Shown: positions 6,633 to 16,446 of the stretch, piece after piece | Layout of the letters: each line of letters starts with the position of its first letter | Numbering within the stretch: the first letter of the stretch is position 1 | Assembly (NCBI GenBank): GCA_963713955.1 | Contig: OY970216.1 | Span: 72,075 to 136,074 of the forward strand | Origin: an uncultured bacterium | GTDB taxonomy: Bacteria > Patescibacteriota > Minisyncoccia > UBA6257 > GWB1-50-10 | Reading direction: 5' to 3' | Length of the DNA: 64,000 nucleotides | Notes under the pieces: model-generated | Database searches by the model: none | What the model saw: the letters and a program-made list of their open reading frames with translations, nothing else | What the model was told of the DNA's origin: nothing | Program-made: the position numbers and the translations under genes

Positions 6633-9122
6633 CTAATCCTTAACGACTTGAAATTCGAAGTTTCCGTTTTGCAAAGAAATTTTGACCGTGTCACCTTTCT
6701 CGAGATTCCCTTCCAGTATTTTCTCGGCCAGAACGCTCTTTATCTTGTCGGATATGACTTTTCTCAAAGGCCGCGCGCCGAAAACCGGATCGTAGCCCAA
6801 GCGCCCGAGCTCCGCGAGAACCTCATCGTCATAAACAATGCTGATCCCCTTTTCTTCCGCAAGCGTCTCGCCGAGTTCCTTGACCGAAAGGTCGGCAATT
6901 TGCTTTATTTCTTCCTCTTTCAAGCCCCTGAAAACGACGATATCGGAAAAGCGGTTCAAAAGTTCCGGCTTGAAGTAGGCCGACAGTCTCTTCTTAATCT
7001 CGTCCGAAATTTCTTCTACCGTCTTCCCGCCCTCGATCTCCGACTTGATGAAATCGGAGTTTGCGTTCGACGTCGCGATGATGATTGTGTTTTGGAAATC
7101 GACCGTCTTCCCGAGACTGTCGGTCAAGCGGCCGTCGTCGAATACCTGGAGAAAAAGATTCAAGACGTCCGGATGCGATTTCTCGAACTCGTCGAGGAGG
7201 ACAAGCGTGTACGGATTTTCGGAAACCGCATCGGTCAAGGAGCCGGTCTTCGTGCCGTCGGGGTTGCCGATCAGAGTCCAGATGCTCATCTTGTCCTGAA
7301 ATTCCGACATGTCGAACCGCTGCATGGCCGACTTGGAGCCGAACTGGACCTCGGCTAAGATCTTCGAAAGTTCGGTCTTCCCGACACCGGTCGGCCCCAC
7401 GAAGAGAAACGAAGCGATGGGCCCACCCTGCCGCGAAAGCCCGCTCCGGTACTCGCGGAGCGCCTTTGAAACGGATGAAACGGCCGCGTCCTGGTTTATG
7501 AACTCCTTATGGATGATGCCTTCCAAGTCCAGCAGTTTCTCCGCTTCGCCCGACGTCACCCGCTGAATCGGGATCCTCGAGATTTTTTCCGCAACGGAGT
7601 CGATATCCGCGACCGCGAGTGTCTTTTTCTTGTCCTCTCTCACCTTGGCAAGCGCCTGCTTCAGGAGATCCACGGCGCTCCCCGGGAGAGGCTTGGCATG
7701 GAAATACCTCTTCGCGAGATAAACGGCCTCCCGGATCGAACTAAAAGGTACGAAAACGCCGTATTCCCGCTCAAGGATAAGACCCTGGTAGATGAGGAAC
7801 CTCGTCGCCTCCTCCTCGCTTATCTCGTCGACCCGCACAATCTCGAACTGCTCCAAGAAATCGGATCGTGGTTCAATGTATTCCTTGAATTCCCGGGGAT
7901 ACGTTTCCCCGATGACCGGTATTGCAGCGTTTTTGATGATCGGCAAAATCATGTCTATCGCGTTCATGGATGCGGCTGACGTCCTGAAAAGGTTATGGAC
8001 GTCGGGAATGAAGAGAACAATATTCCCGGCTGTCACGATCTCGTCCGTCACCTCGTTTAAGCGCGCGCTCAAGATTTCCTGGGGAGCGTTGGCAATCAGA
8101 TTATTCACCTCGAGCGAGACCAGCCGCTTGTCGAACAAAACTTCGGGGACCTCGTCCTTGATCATACTGAAAGCCAGGTGGTCTATGATCGTCGATTTCC
8201 CGACCCCTGCCTCCCCGACAAGGAGTGCGTTGGGTTTACCCGGCCTCGAAATGACCTGGATCAGATATTCGTATTCTTTCTCGTGCCCGATGAGAAGACC
8301 GATGGCCCTTCCTCTCGCGAGATCGGTCAAATCCGTGCTGAATTTGTCCAAGGTCGGCGTGGGTTTCGCTGTCCAAGCCCGGTTCATCACGCGGTGCCGC
8401 AGGAACCTCGGCTCATGAGCAAAGCCGCCCACGAGGCGCGGAAGAAATCTCACGCCGCCGAACATTCTCCTCCACTTCCCGAAAACCACCGCCGATTCCA
8501 CGTCTTCCTTCGTAAGACCCGAGGCGGTAAGTACTTTCGGCAAGTCTCCGTCTTTGACGTCAAAGATCGCGGCGAAGATGTTCCGGGGATAGATGAAACG
8601 ATCGCCGTGGAGCGCCGCATTCCGGAAGGCGCTCAAAACCAAGTCGCTGAGAACGTTAAGATACTGGTCGCCCGCGAGATCGTTTTTATTGCCGAAGATT
8701 GCCTTGGCCTTCTTCAAAAAGTTATCAGGATCGACGTCTAAACGCTTCAGGACTTCCCGAATTTCTTTCCGCTCGGCGAGAAGCGTAAGGAGGATGAGAT
8801 AAAAATTGGCGTTCGTTCCCCTCGATTTTCTGAACGCATAGCCGATTATCTTGTACGAGGCGGGTGTCAGGGCGAGCGCGACGTTGCCGCCGCCTGAGAG
8901 CTCACTCAAAGTTTTTTCACCGTCCCGCGCGTGGAGAAGTCTGTCAAGAAGGAAGAGCAAGAGCAGAGTTCCCAACGCTATCAGTCTCCCGCTCCCCGAG
9001 AGTATGAAAACGACGGCCGCCGCAACGAGAACCAGGTAAAAGCAGAAACCCACGAGCCGCACGATGAAATCGTCCGGCTGGCTTAACAATATCCTCCTGC
9101 TTTTGAAATAAATCTCGGCCAT
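6633..9122 (-). CDS. ClpB/ClpC-family AAA+ ATPase with an N-terminal membrane anchor
   Basis: 829 aa with two Walker A boxes, GEAGVGKST and GPTGVGKTE, and a sensor-2 motif GARPLRRVI-like (GARPLRKVI). Clp_N-like repeats sit after two N-terminal transmembrane helices (FCFYLVLVAAAVVFILSG, LIALGTLLLLFLL). A middle domain is present. Confidence 0.85.
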   Translation of the reverse strand: MAEIYFKSRRILLSQPDDFIVRLVGFCFYLVLVAAAVVFILSGSGRLIALGTLLLLFLLDRLLHARDGEKTLSELSGGGNVALALTPASYKIIGYAFRKSRGTNANFYLILLTLLAERKEIREVLKRLDVDPDNFLKKAKAIFGNKNDLAGDQYLNVLSDLVLSAFRNAALHGDRFIYPRNIFAAIFDVKDGDLPKVLTASGLTKEDVESAVVFGKWRRMFGGVRFLPRLVGGFAHEPRFLRHRVMNRAWTAKPTPTLDKFSTDLTDLARGRAIGLLIGHEKEYEYLIQVISRPGKPNALLVGEAGVGKSTIIDHLAFSMIKDEVPEVLFDKRLVSLEVNNLIANAPQEILSARLNEVTDEIVTAGNIVLFIPDVHNLFRTSAASMNAIDMILPIIKNAAIPVIGETYPREFKEYIEPRSDFLEQFEIVRVDEISEEEATRFLIYQGLILEREYGVFVPFSSIREAVYLAKRYFHAKPLPGSAVDLLKQALAKVREDKKKTLAVADIDSVAEKISRIPIQRVTSGEAEKLLDLEGIIHKEFINQDAAVSSVSKALREYRSGLSRQGGPIASFLFVGPTGVGKTELSKILAEVQFGSKSAMQRFDMSEFQDKMSIWTLIGNPDGTKTGSLTDAVSENPYTLVLLDEFEKSHPDVLNLFLQVFDDGRLTDSLGKTVDFQNTIIIATSNANSDFIKSEIEGGKTVEEISDEIKKRLSAYFKPELLNRFSDIVVFRGLKEEEIKQIADLSVKELGETLAEEKGISIVYDDEVLAELGRLGYDPVFGARPLRKVISDKIKSVLAEKILEGNLEKGDTVKISLQNGNFEFQVVKD

Positions 9123-9139
9123 ATTCTTAAATCATATCC

Positions 9140-9532
9140 TTAGATCGAGACGATTCCCAAAAACACGGCGACCAAAACCGGCGGTATTAAAAGCCAGACC
9201 AAATACAGGAAGAATGCCGCGATGAAGATCAGGAGATAAACTCCCGAAGCCACGACGAGCCGCACGGCCCGCAAGACAAATCCCAGGAGATACCCCACGG
9301 GCGTATAGTCCTTGTAGAGGGGAGAAAAGAGATTTTTCAGGGTTATCTTCCACGCAAAAAACTTGTCGAGATTCTCCATCCGCTCCAGGACGTAATTCAA
9401 GTAAGCCTTGAGACTCCCGACGTACCAGTGCCTCAAAAAATCGGCTATCCTCCAGAAAAATCTCTCTCCCAAATAGACCAATGCCATTTGATTCATTATA
9501 CTACCGTATCTCCATTTATCTCTACCACACAT
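9140..9532 (-). CDS. Small membrane protein immediately upstream of the Clp ATPase
   Basis: 130 aa with a C-terminal double TM (LLIFIAAFFLYLVWLLIPPVLVAVFLGIV). The start may be the internal MNQMALV. It is co-directional with the ATPase and separated from it by a 17-bp gap. Confidence 0.5.
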   Translation of the reverse strand: MCGRDKWRYGSIMNQMALVYLGERFFWRIADFLRHWYVGSLKAYLNYVLERMENLDKFFAWKITLKNLFSPLYKDYTPVGYLLGFVLRAVRLVVASGVYLLIFIAAFFLYLVWLLIPPVLVAVFLGIVSI

Positions 9533-9578
9533 CCATTTATTTCTGCGTATATTCCCCCTTCCTGTTATAATTAACCTA

Positions 9579-10802
9579 ATGAATCTGCGAAATAGAGAAT
9601 CTTTTACCTTGATTGAGTTGCTTGTAGTGATAGCGATCCTAGCCGTCCTCGCAACTGCCGTAGTCCTCGTCTTGAACCCTGTCCAGCTCCTGGCTCAGGG
9701 AAGAGATTCGACAAGGCTCTCTGATCTTGCAGCCCTGAATAGCGCCCTCTCCCTCTTCCAAGCCGATGCCTATACCCAGTCCTTAGGAACTCCTAATACA
9801 GTCTATCTATCAGTCCCTGACAATGCCTCCTCTACCTGTGGATCCCTGGGACTTCCCCTCCTTTCCTCTCCCTGGATCTATCACTGTGTTCCCAGCGCTT
9901 CCTCTACGAAAACAGATGGTTCTGGCTGGATTCCCGTCAATCTTACCCTCATTTCATCAGGATCCCCTTTATCCAAGCTCCCGATAGACCCTACGAATAC
10001 CACCTCATCGGGGTTCTACTATACCTATGTCTCAGGAGGAAGCTATGCCATGACGGCAACTCTCGAATCCCAGAAATACCTCAGTTCTACTGCATCCCAA
10101 GACAACGGCTATGATCCTGGGAGGTATGAGATCGGTTCTGACCTTTCCCTTATTGGAAGAAGTGAAGGACTCATGGGATGGTGGCCCCTCGATGGAGATG
10201 CGAGTGACAGATCAGGGAATGGGAATAATGGGACGTGGAGCGGATCCATGACAGGAGGTTCCTATTATACCCAGGGGAAGATCAATCAGGCGGGGAACCT
10301 CAATGGGACGGATGATTATGTTGCTGGGGGAGGTGCGAATATAATTTTCGGGACCTCCAGTTTCAGTGGCTCTGCGTGGGTTAAGAGTAGTGATGTTGGC
10401 GGGAATCAGCATCGAATCATTGGGAAGGATTTTAATGTTTCCACCGGCTACTCCTGGCTGAATTTTGGAAATGGCAATCCGTATTTGGAGATTAAAGACA
10501 GTGATAATGTTCATGGTGACGTGGTCTCAGGAGTAAGCATTGCAGATAATCAATGGCATTACATCACTTTTGTGGTTAATAGAACGAATAACAAAGATTA
10601 TATCTATATTGATGGTGCGCTCAAAAGTTCTGTTACTCCAAGCTTTACCGGTATTTTTGGTAACTCCTCTGCGACGAATAACTTTTGTGCTGGCGCTCAG
10701 TATGGTAACTTACCGTTGAATGGTCTCATCGACGACGTCCGGATCTACAACCGAGCATTATCCGCAGCGGAAATCCAGGCCATCTATAACGCCCAAAAGT
10801 AA
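9579..10802 (+). CDS. Prepilin-type (type IV pilin-like) protein with a C-terminal LamG/concanavalin-like domain
   Basis: The N-terminus FTLIELLVVIAILAVLA is a class III signal and methylation motif. The C-terminus has the LamG signature ...LNGLIDDVRIYNRALSAAEIQAIY. A -10-like TATAAT lies at about 9558. Confidence 0.8.
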   Translation: MNLRNRESFTLIELLVVIAILAVLATAVVLVLNPVQLLAQGRDSTRLSDLAALNSALSLFQADAYTQSLGTPNTVYLSVPDNASSTCGSLGLPLLSSPWIYHCVPSASSTKTDGSGWIPVNLTLISSGSPLSKLPIDPTNTTSSGFYYTYVSGGSYAMTATLESQKYLSSTASQDNGYDPGRYEIGSDLSLIGRSEGLMGWWPLDGDASDRSGNGNNGTWSGSMTGGSYYTQGKINQAGNLNGTDDYVAGGGANIIFGTSSFSGSAWVKSSDVGGNQHRIIGKDFNVSTGYSWLNFGNGNPYLEIKDSDNVHGDVVSGVSIADNQWHYITFVVNRTNNKDYIYIDGALKSSVTPSFTGIFGNSSATNNFCAGAQYGNLPLNGLIDDVRIYNRALSAAEIQAIYNAQK

Positions 10803-10836
10803 GTATACTTTATACTTTCTACTTGCTACTCAATAC

Positions 10837-11775
10837 TTATTCAACATATCTCACTTCTTCCTCAAGCCTGATGCCGAACTTCTTGTAGACTCTCTTCTTG
10901 AGAACCACGGAGAGCTTCTTCACATCGGCTGCTCTGGCACCTCCTTTGTTGACGAAAAGATTCCCATGGAAGCTCGCGATTTCTATCTTCCCGACACGCA
11001 TGCCTTTCGATCCCACGCTCTCCAAAAGATACCCCGCTGGTATCTTTCCTTCAATAATTTTCGACTTGTCTATCTTGGCAAGCGATTTCTTAGAAACGTC
11101 CTTCACGAGGATATTCTTGAAAAAACTCCCCGGACATTTTATCCCCGGCTTATACTTTCTCTCCCGGACTTTTATGATCTCCCGCGATTTCTTCAGAAGC
11201 TCAGCCCTACTCCCCTTCTCAAACTTCAATCCGACCCGAAGGAGCAGGTACGGTTCGTGCTTCAAAACGCTGTCTCGATACGCGAACTTGCACTCGCCCT
11301 TCGTGACCCATCTCCTTTTCTTGCCATCCCAGACTTCAATTCGTTCCACCGCCCCGGAGATAGACCTCCCGTACGCGCCGGCGTTCCCGACGACTGCTCC
11401 GCCGACGGTCCCCGGGATACCCGAGAGAGTCTCGAGGCCCTTGAAACCCCGGTTCAGGGATTTTTTTATGACGTCGCCCAAGACAACTCCCCCATCGACC
11501 GTGCACCGCGTCCCGTCAAAAGAAGTCCGCCCACCGGAAAACCTGATGGTTAAACCTCTCAATCCTTTGTCCGGGAAAACCGTGTTGCTCCCTCCCGCAA
11601 AAACGTTCGTTTTCATGCCGTTCTTCTTTGCCCATTCATAGACGCTTATGAGTTTCTCCGGCGTTTCAACAAGACAAAAATACTCGGTCCGCCCCCCAAT
11701 CTTGAAGGTACTCATCGGCGCGAGGGCCACGTTCTTTTTCACGGCGAATTGAATAAATTCCTGGTTCTTTTTCAT
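10837..11775 (-). CDS. murB: UDP-N-acetylenolpyruvoylglucosamine reductase
   Basis: 312 aa. It has an FAD-binding PCMH-type N-terminus (APMSTFKIGGRTEYF...AGGSN) and a MurB C-terminal domain. Confidence 0.88.
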   Translation of the reverse strand: MKKNQEFIQFAVKKNVALAPMSTFKIGGRTEYFCLVETPEKLISVYEWAKKNGMKTNVFAGGSNTVFPDKGLRGLTIRFSGGRTSFDGTRCTVDGGVVLGDVIKKSLNRGFKGLETLSGIPGTVGGAVVGNAGAYGRSISGAVERIEVWDGKKRRWVTKGECKFAYRDSVLKHEPYLLLRVGLKFEKGSRAELLKKSREIIKVRERKYKPGIKCPGSFFKNILVKDVSKKSLAKIDKSKIIEGKIPAGYLLESVGSKGMRVGKIEIASFHGNLFVNKGGARAADVKKLSVVLKKRVYKKFGIRLEEEVRYVE

Positions 11776-11810
11776 GAATAGACATCTCTAGTATACTAAT
11801 TACAAACCCC

Positions 11811-13169
11811 ATGAACAATGATCTCATCGTGAGCATCTCCGGCCTCCGGGGCATCGTAGGAGAAACCCTCACCCCCGATGTCGTCGTGAAATACGCGAAT
11901 GCCTTCGCGAGGTTCGTGAACCGCAAAAAAGTGATCATCGGTAGGGACGGCAGATATCACGGCGCTATGCTCGCGGATGTCCTCAAGGGGACGCTCGCCG
12001 CGAGTGGCTGCGAGGTCATTGACATCGGAATCTGCCCCACTCCAACTGTCCAGCTCGCCGTCGAGCATTCGGACGCGGCGGGCGGCGTTATCGTGACCGC
12101 AAGCCACAACCCGATGGAGTGGAATGGTTTGAAATTTCTGAACAAAGACGGTGTTTTCCTCGATGCCGAGGAAAATAAAAAGCTTCAAAAACTCGTGGAA
12201 GGGAAACTGGAATTCACTCCCCCGGAATCGATCGGCAAAACGAAGCCGGGGAACTTTTTTATCGATGAACACCTGAAGCGCGTCCTTTCCATAAAAGAGA
12301 TCGACGCAAAAGCGATCCGAAAGAGACATTTCAAAGTCGTCGTCGACGCGGTGAACGCGTCCGGATCCGTCATCGTGCCCACGCTCCTCGCCGAGCTCGG
12401 GTGCAAAGTGATCAAGATAAACTGTGAGCCGACGGGCGTGTTTCAGAGAAAGCCCGAGCCGCTGCCGGAAAACATAACTGCCGCGATGAACCGCGTGAAA
12501 AAAGAAAAAGCCGATCTCGGCATCGTGGTCGATCCAGATGTCGACCGCCTTGTTTTCGTAACCGAGAAGGGGAAACCGTTCAATGAAGAATACACAATAG
12601 TCCAAGCCGTAGACTTCATCCTGCGTAAAACCCCTCCGCGGAAGAGAATCGCAGTCGTGAATCTTTCGACCACGCGCGCCGTGGACGAAGCAACGCACAA
12701 ATACAACGGCAGATCCTTCCAGTCTCCCGTCGGGGAAATAAACGTGGTGAAGAAGATGAAGAAAGTGAACGCGGTAATCGGCGGCGAAGGGAGCGGCGGC
12801 GTGATCCTCCCCGAAGTCCATTACGGCCGCGACGCTCTGGTCGGCATCGCGCTCGCGCTCCAGAACCTTCTCGAATTCGGTGGAACACTTTCGGAACTCA
12901 AAGAAACGCTCCCGGAATTCGAGATTGTGAAAAAGAAAATCGAGATAGGAACGAAAAATCCCGAAAAAATAATAAGCGTTTTCAAAAAGCGCTACTCTAA
13001 GTTCAAAATCAACACCGAGGACGGTCTCAAAATAGATGCACCTGATTACTGGATCCACCTAAGAAAATCTAACACCGAACCGATAATAAGGGTTATAGCC
13101 GAAGCGAGAACTAGAGAAGAAGCTGAAGCTCGCGCCTCTGAAGCCGCGAAACTCGTAGAGAGCATTTAG
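11811..13169 (+). CDS. glmM: Phosphoglucosamine mutase / phosphomannomutase family
   Basis: 452 aa. It has the active-site loop TASHNP, a GEGSGG sugar-binding loop, and the four-domain architecture of alpha-D-phosphohexomutases. Confidence 0.85.
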   Translation: MNNDLIVSISGLRGIVGETLTPDVVVKYANAFARFVNRKKVIIGRDGRYHGAMLADVLKGTLAASGCEVIDIGICPTPTVQLAVEHSDAAGGVIVTASHNPMEWNGLKFLNKDGVFLDAEENKKLQKLVEGKLEFTPPESIGKTKPGNFFIDEHLKRVLSIKEIDAKAIRKRHFKVVVDAVNASGSVIVPTLLAELGCKVIKINCEPTGVFQRKPEPLPENITAAMNRVKKEKADLGIVVDPDVDRLVFVTEKGKPFNEEYTIVQAVDFILRKTPPRKRIAVVNLSTTRAVDEATHKYNGRSFQSPVGEINVVKKMKKVNAVIGGEGSGGVILPEVHYGRDALVGIALALQNLLEFGGTLSELKETLPEFEIVKKKIEIGTKNPEKIISVFKKRYSKFKINTEDGLKIDAPDYWIHLRKSNTEPIIRVIAEARTREEAEARASEAAKLVESI

Positions 13170-13172
13170 CTC

Positions 13173-13210
13173 GACCCCCTGAAAAATGAAGGGGGTTTTG
13201 TGTTTTTGTT
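13173..13210 (+). terminator. Rho-independent terminator after glmM
   Basis: GACCCCCTgaaaaatgaAGGGGGTTTTGTGTTTTTG: a 7-bp GC stem followed by a T-tract. Confidence 0.75.
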
Positions 13211-13213
13211 CCA

Positions 13214-13444
13214 CTAAAACCCCTCATACTGCTCCGTTGGATAATTCGGAGATCTCCCTTCTACGGATAAAGGGAAAAAGAGCTCTCTCTGTCTCGGGTC
13301 ACCGTTGATACTCACAAATAAGCCCTTCGGCTTCAAATCGAAGTCTATTTTGTCCATCAGAAATCCATTGATTATAAGCCGGAATAAGATTTCCTCTTCT
13401 TCATGAGTAAGATCGCGCAGTACACCATCCGTATCCATTTGCAC
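13214..13444 (-). CDS. Small hypothetical protein (76 aa)
   Basis: An ORF with ATG in the gap between the glmM terminator and the next gene. There is no recognisable motif and coding status is uncertain. Confidence 0.3.
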   Translation of the reverse strand: MQMDTDGVLRDLTHEEEEILFRLIINGFLMDKIDFDLKPKGLFVSINGDPRQRELFFPLSVEGRSPNYPTEQYEGF

Positions 13445-13494
13445 CTCTTCATTTATGAATGATCGTTATCGCTATCATGCCATAGCAAAAAGTT

Positions 13495-14433
13495 TTGTCA
13501 ACCAAATGGCAGGGAGGAAACAAAATTGGTAAGATAATGACTATGTCGATCACGATCGACGGAAAAGTCTTCTACCACGTGAAAACTAGGGCGTACACGC
13601 CGGTCTCGATATACAAAAACGAGGATTCGTTTCTGAGAATCGGCCCCAAAGATTTGATAATGCCGGAGCTCGACCTGCATAAACGCCTCCTGAGGTTCGC
13701 GTTCCCGGTACCCCAAATCGTTTCCGAGGGAGAAATTGACGGGAAGTATTACTACATCGAAGCCTCGCTAGGAGAAAACCTCCTAGGGGAGATGTTCTGC
13801 GAAGACTGCGAGAAATCCGGGACGATTTCCGGCGCGAACTTCCAGAAGTTTCTCTCGGTCACGGAGAAATTCGCGAAGGCACAGCTCAAAACGGCAGAGA
13901 GCGAAACCGCATTCGAAAGCTTCTACCACGGTGTCCACATCGACTACATCCTGAAAGAGCTGCCGTATCTGAAAGAAAAAACGCTCGCGGCTTTCGAAAA
14001 AATCAAAAGCCGGCTATCGGTCATGCCGACTGTACTGACACACGGTGATTTCAACGCATACAATCTATTCGAAGGAGGTGTCATCGACTTCGGAAATTCA
14101 TTCGAGGCTCCGGCCGGATACGATCTCATGAGCAACATCTACCAAACCTATCTCTTCCCGAAAGGCGAGGGCTTCGAGATGACCCGGGGATATGAGTTTT
14201 CGGCAAAGCAAATAGAAGAATACTTTTCTCTTTTGGACGACGTTTACGCACAAAACAACCTCCCGAAACTTTCCGATTTCGCCGATGACTTTATACTCGT
14301 GAGGACAATATGGTCTGCCGTCAGAATGCAGAAAAAGCCCAAGATACAGAAATGGCGATACGAAAAGTTCGAAAAGATTCTGGAGGGTTACCTATCGGGC
14401 AAAAACTTGGCGGAGATTATGAAAAACGACTAG
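13495..14433 (+). CDS. Aminoglycoside/choline-kinase-like phosphotransferase (APH fold)
   Basis: 312 aa. It carries the Brenner-type catalytic motif LTHGDFNAYNL and a DFG-like segment VIDFGNS. The start could be the internal MTMSITIDG. Confidence 0.65.
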   Translation: MSTKWQGGNKIGKIMTMSITIDGKVFYHVKTRAYTPVSIYKNEDSFLRIGPKDLIMPELDLHKRLLRFAFPVPQIVSEGEIDGKYYYIEASLGENLLGEMFCEDCEKSGTISGANFQKFLSVTEKFAKAQLKTAESETAFESFYHGVHIDYILKELPYLKEKTLAAFEKIKSRLSVMPTVLTHGDFNAYNLFEGGVIDFGNSFEAPAGYDLMSNIYQTYLFPKGEGFEMTRGYEFSAKQIEEYFSLLDDVYAQNNLPKLSDFADDFILVRTIWSAVRMQKKPKIQKWRYEKFEKILEGYLSGKNLAEIMKND

Positions 14434-14978
14434 GCGGGGATGATATACTCCCAGCCGGGGCGCCAGGATTTTGTTCTCCGCCAATCCTCCGTGAATGCCT
14501 CTTCCCACGTCTTACTCTTGAGAAGAACTTCCAGGGCGAGCTGCGGGGCTTGATGCGCGACTACCGCGATGTGCTTACCGTCGCAATTTTTCTTCAGGAA
14601 CTCCGTGAAATCCGCAATCCTCCGTTCGACGTCCAAATAGCTTTCCCCGTTGGGGAACGGGGCGCGGATGTATCTGCCGAGATCGTTCTTAAACTCTTTC
14701 TCCGGCTTCAAGGTGAAATCCCCGTAGTTGCATTCTCTCAGCCGACTGTCCGCGATGATCCGGTATTCGTCCCCGAAGCCGAGTTCCGCGGAATCGACGG
14801 CTCGCTTCAAATCGGAGCAAAAAACGGCGTCGAAGCGCTCGCCCGCGACAAGGACGCCGAGTTCCTTCGCCTGTTTCCTCCCCAATTCCGAAAGTTCGCC
14901 GCCCGCCCATCCCGTCGCGAGATCCCGCTCGTTATCCGTCGTCGTCCCATGGACGAAATAAGTGATTCTTACTGACAT
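14430..14978 (-). CDS. Histidine phosphatase (phosphoglycerate-mutase-like) family
   Basis: 182 aa. It has the N-terminal RHG-type motif (YFVHGTTTDN), a conserved catalytic H in AVVAHQAP, and the typical length. Confidence 0.75.
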   Translation of the reverse strand: MSVRITYFVHGTTTDNERDLATGWAGGELSELGRKQAKELGVLVAGERFDAVFCSDLKRAVDSAELGFGDEYRIIADSRLRECNYGDFTLKPEKEFKNDLGRYIRAPFPNGESYLDVERRIADFTEFLKKNCDGKHIAVVAHQAPQLALEVLLKSKTWEEAFTEDWRRTKSWRPGWEYIIPA

Positions 14979-15060
14979 AGTAGAGGTTTATCCTTAATAT
15001 TTTACTCTCTGATGCGTGTTGAAGCGAACCTAAACTTCCTACCTTCCTTCTCGCAAAACC

Positions 15061-15089
15061 TTGACTTAACAATAGATATATATTATAGT
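15061..15089 (+). promoter_or_regulatory. Sigma70-type promoter: TTGACT, 17-bp spacer, TATAGT
   Basis: The hexamers and spacing were read directly. The promoter drives the 15253 gene through an ~160-nt leader. Confidence 0.6.
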
Positions 15090-15252
15090 TTAAAGCTATC
15101 GTGGTAGTCTGGCTTTTGCTAATAAGCACTTCTTGTCTTGGTAAAAGCCAGATTGGCACAAAAACAAAAAGATCATTCAAAAACTTTCCGCTGTGGGTCG
15201 TCAAAGAAGCTGATCTGGTAACCCAAAACAGCGGAAACAAAAGGAGTTATGT

Positions 15253-16434
15253 ATGAAAAAGTTAGTTGCTTTTCTCGTCCCCTTGGCGATAGCGACCGTC
15301 GTGACGATTGTCGTTAAAGCACAGGGTACCTATTCTCCGCAGGATAGCTCGTACCTCGAGCAGTTCCGCGGGGAACCGGCGTCGAAAATCGTGCCACAAG
15401 TATGGCTCGACGAATGCAGGCTAAACCGCATACGATACCCGGACAGCAATATGGTCCGCGCAGGCGACACTCTCCTTCTACCTACCAACAAACGGTACAT
15501 CGTGGAAGGCAATCAAGGATCAGACCATATGTGGAGAGCGGCAATGTCCTTCGCGCAAAACACGGTGCTACCCTACTTAAACCATCACCAGAATGTGGTA
15601 TCCACGGTCGCAAACACCTCCAAAACCGCGATACTAGACCCGATTTTATTTTGGTTTCTGATAGCGGCGGTTCTACTCATTCTACTCGTAATGCTCTGGT
15701 TCATTCGGAAAAACCTTCTCGACCGCAGACATCCTTTTGTCGCGCGGCAAAATATCCCAGACTTCGAAAACGCCTCGGATGAAGAGGTTGAAGAAGTCGT
15801 GGAGAATGCGCTGAGACAGATCTACGGACGAAACTTTGAAATTGTAGGTCCTATCCAGAGAGGGTACATCGACGGCACAATGACAAGCTTCTTTGCCAAC
15901 GGATCGCAGCGGAATGAAGAGTTCCATGACGAGCCGGGATTCAGAGCTCGCCTCCGTTTCAACGATAGGCATGAGAGACTTGTTGTCTCCCGCTGGTCCT
16001 GCTTCAACCCCTGCTGGACAGCTCAAGACGCTCAGTTCAGCGGCACCTTCACACCGGTAGACGAAATGCACCCCCAAAGGATTGATAGGATCACGAACGA
16101 GGAGTTGGGTGACCTGACTCAAAACATAAGGCGCACCAATCGCGGAGAAGAACCGGCGGTGGATCCAATACCCCCTGCGGAACCTAAGGAAGAAGCAAGG
16201 GTAGAGGGGAGGCCAGGGCAAGAACCTAAACCCGAATCCCAAAAGGAAACTCCTGCTCCAGCTGTCGAGAAGACGGAAGAGGGGAAGCTGCACTTCACAA
16301 AGGTGCAGATCAGCAATGAAAAAGGATTGAATCTTGAAGGCAACTTTGACCTCACGCCGAAGGAACTTCAAGAGCTTATCACTCGAGTCACCTCCCCAGG
16401 AAAGACGGGAGAGGGGGAAGAGAAAGATAAGTAA
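15253..16434 (+). CDS. Secreted/membrane protein with an N-terminal LysM-like segment and a Pro/Glu-rich C-terminal tail
   Basis: 393 aa. There is a signal peptide MKKLVAFLVPLAIATVV, a LysM-like element ...MVRAGDTLLLP, an internal TM LIAAVLLILLVMLWFI, and a low-complexity EPKEE/PKPES tail. Confidence 0.55.
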   Translation: MKKLVAFLVPLAIATVVTIVVKAQGTYSPQDSSYLEQFRGEPASKIVPQVWLDECRLNRIRYPDSNMVRAGDTLLLPTNKRYIVEGNQGSDHMWRAAMSFAQNTVLPYLNHHQNVVSTVANTSKTAILDPILFWFLIAAVLLILLVMLWFIRKNLLDRRHPFVARQNIPDFENASDEEVEEVVENALRQIYGRNFEIVGPIQRGYIDGTMTSFFANGSQRNEEFHDEPGFRARLRFNDRHERLVVSRWSCFNPCWTAQDAQFSGTFTPVDEMHPQRIDRITNEELGDLTQNIRRTNRGEEPAVDPIPPAEPKEEARVEGRPGQEPKPESQKETPAPAVEKTEEGKLHFTKVQISNEKGLNLEGNFDLTPKELQELITRVTSPGKTGEGEEKDK

Positions 16435-16446
16435 AAGTTACACCCA

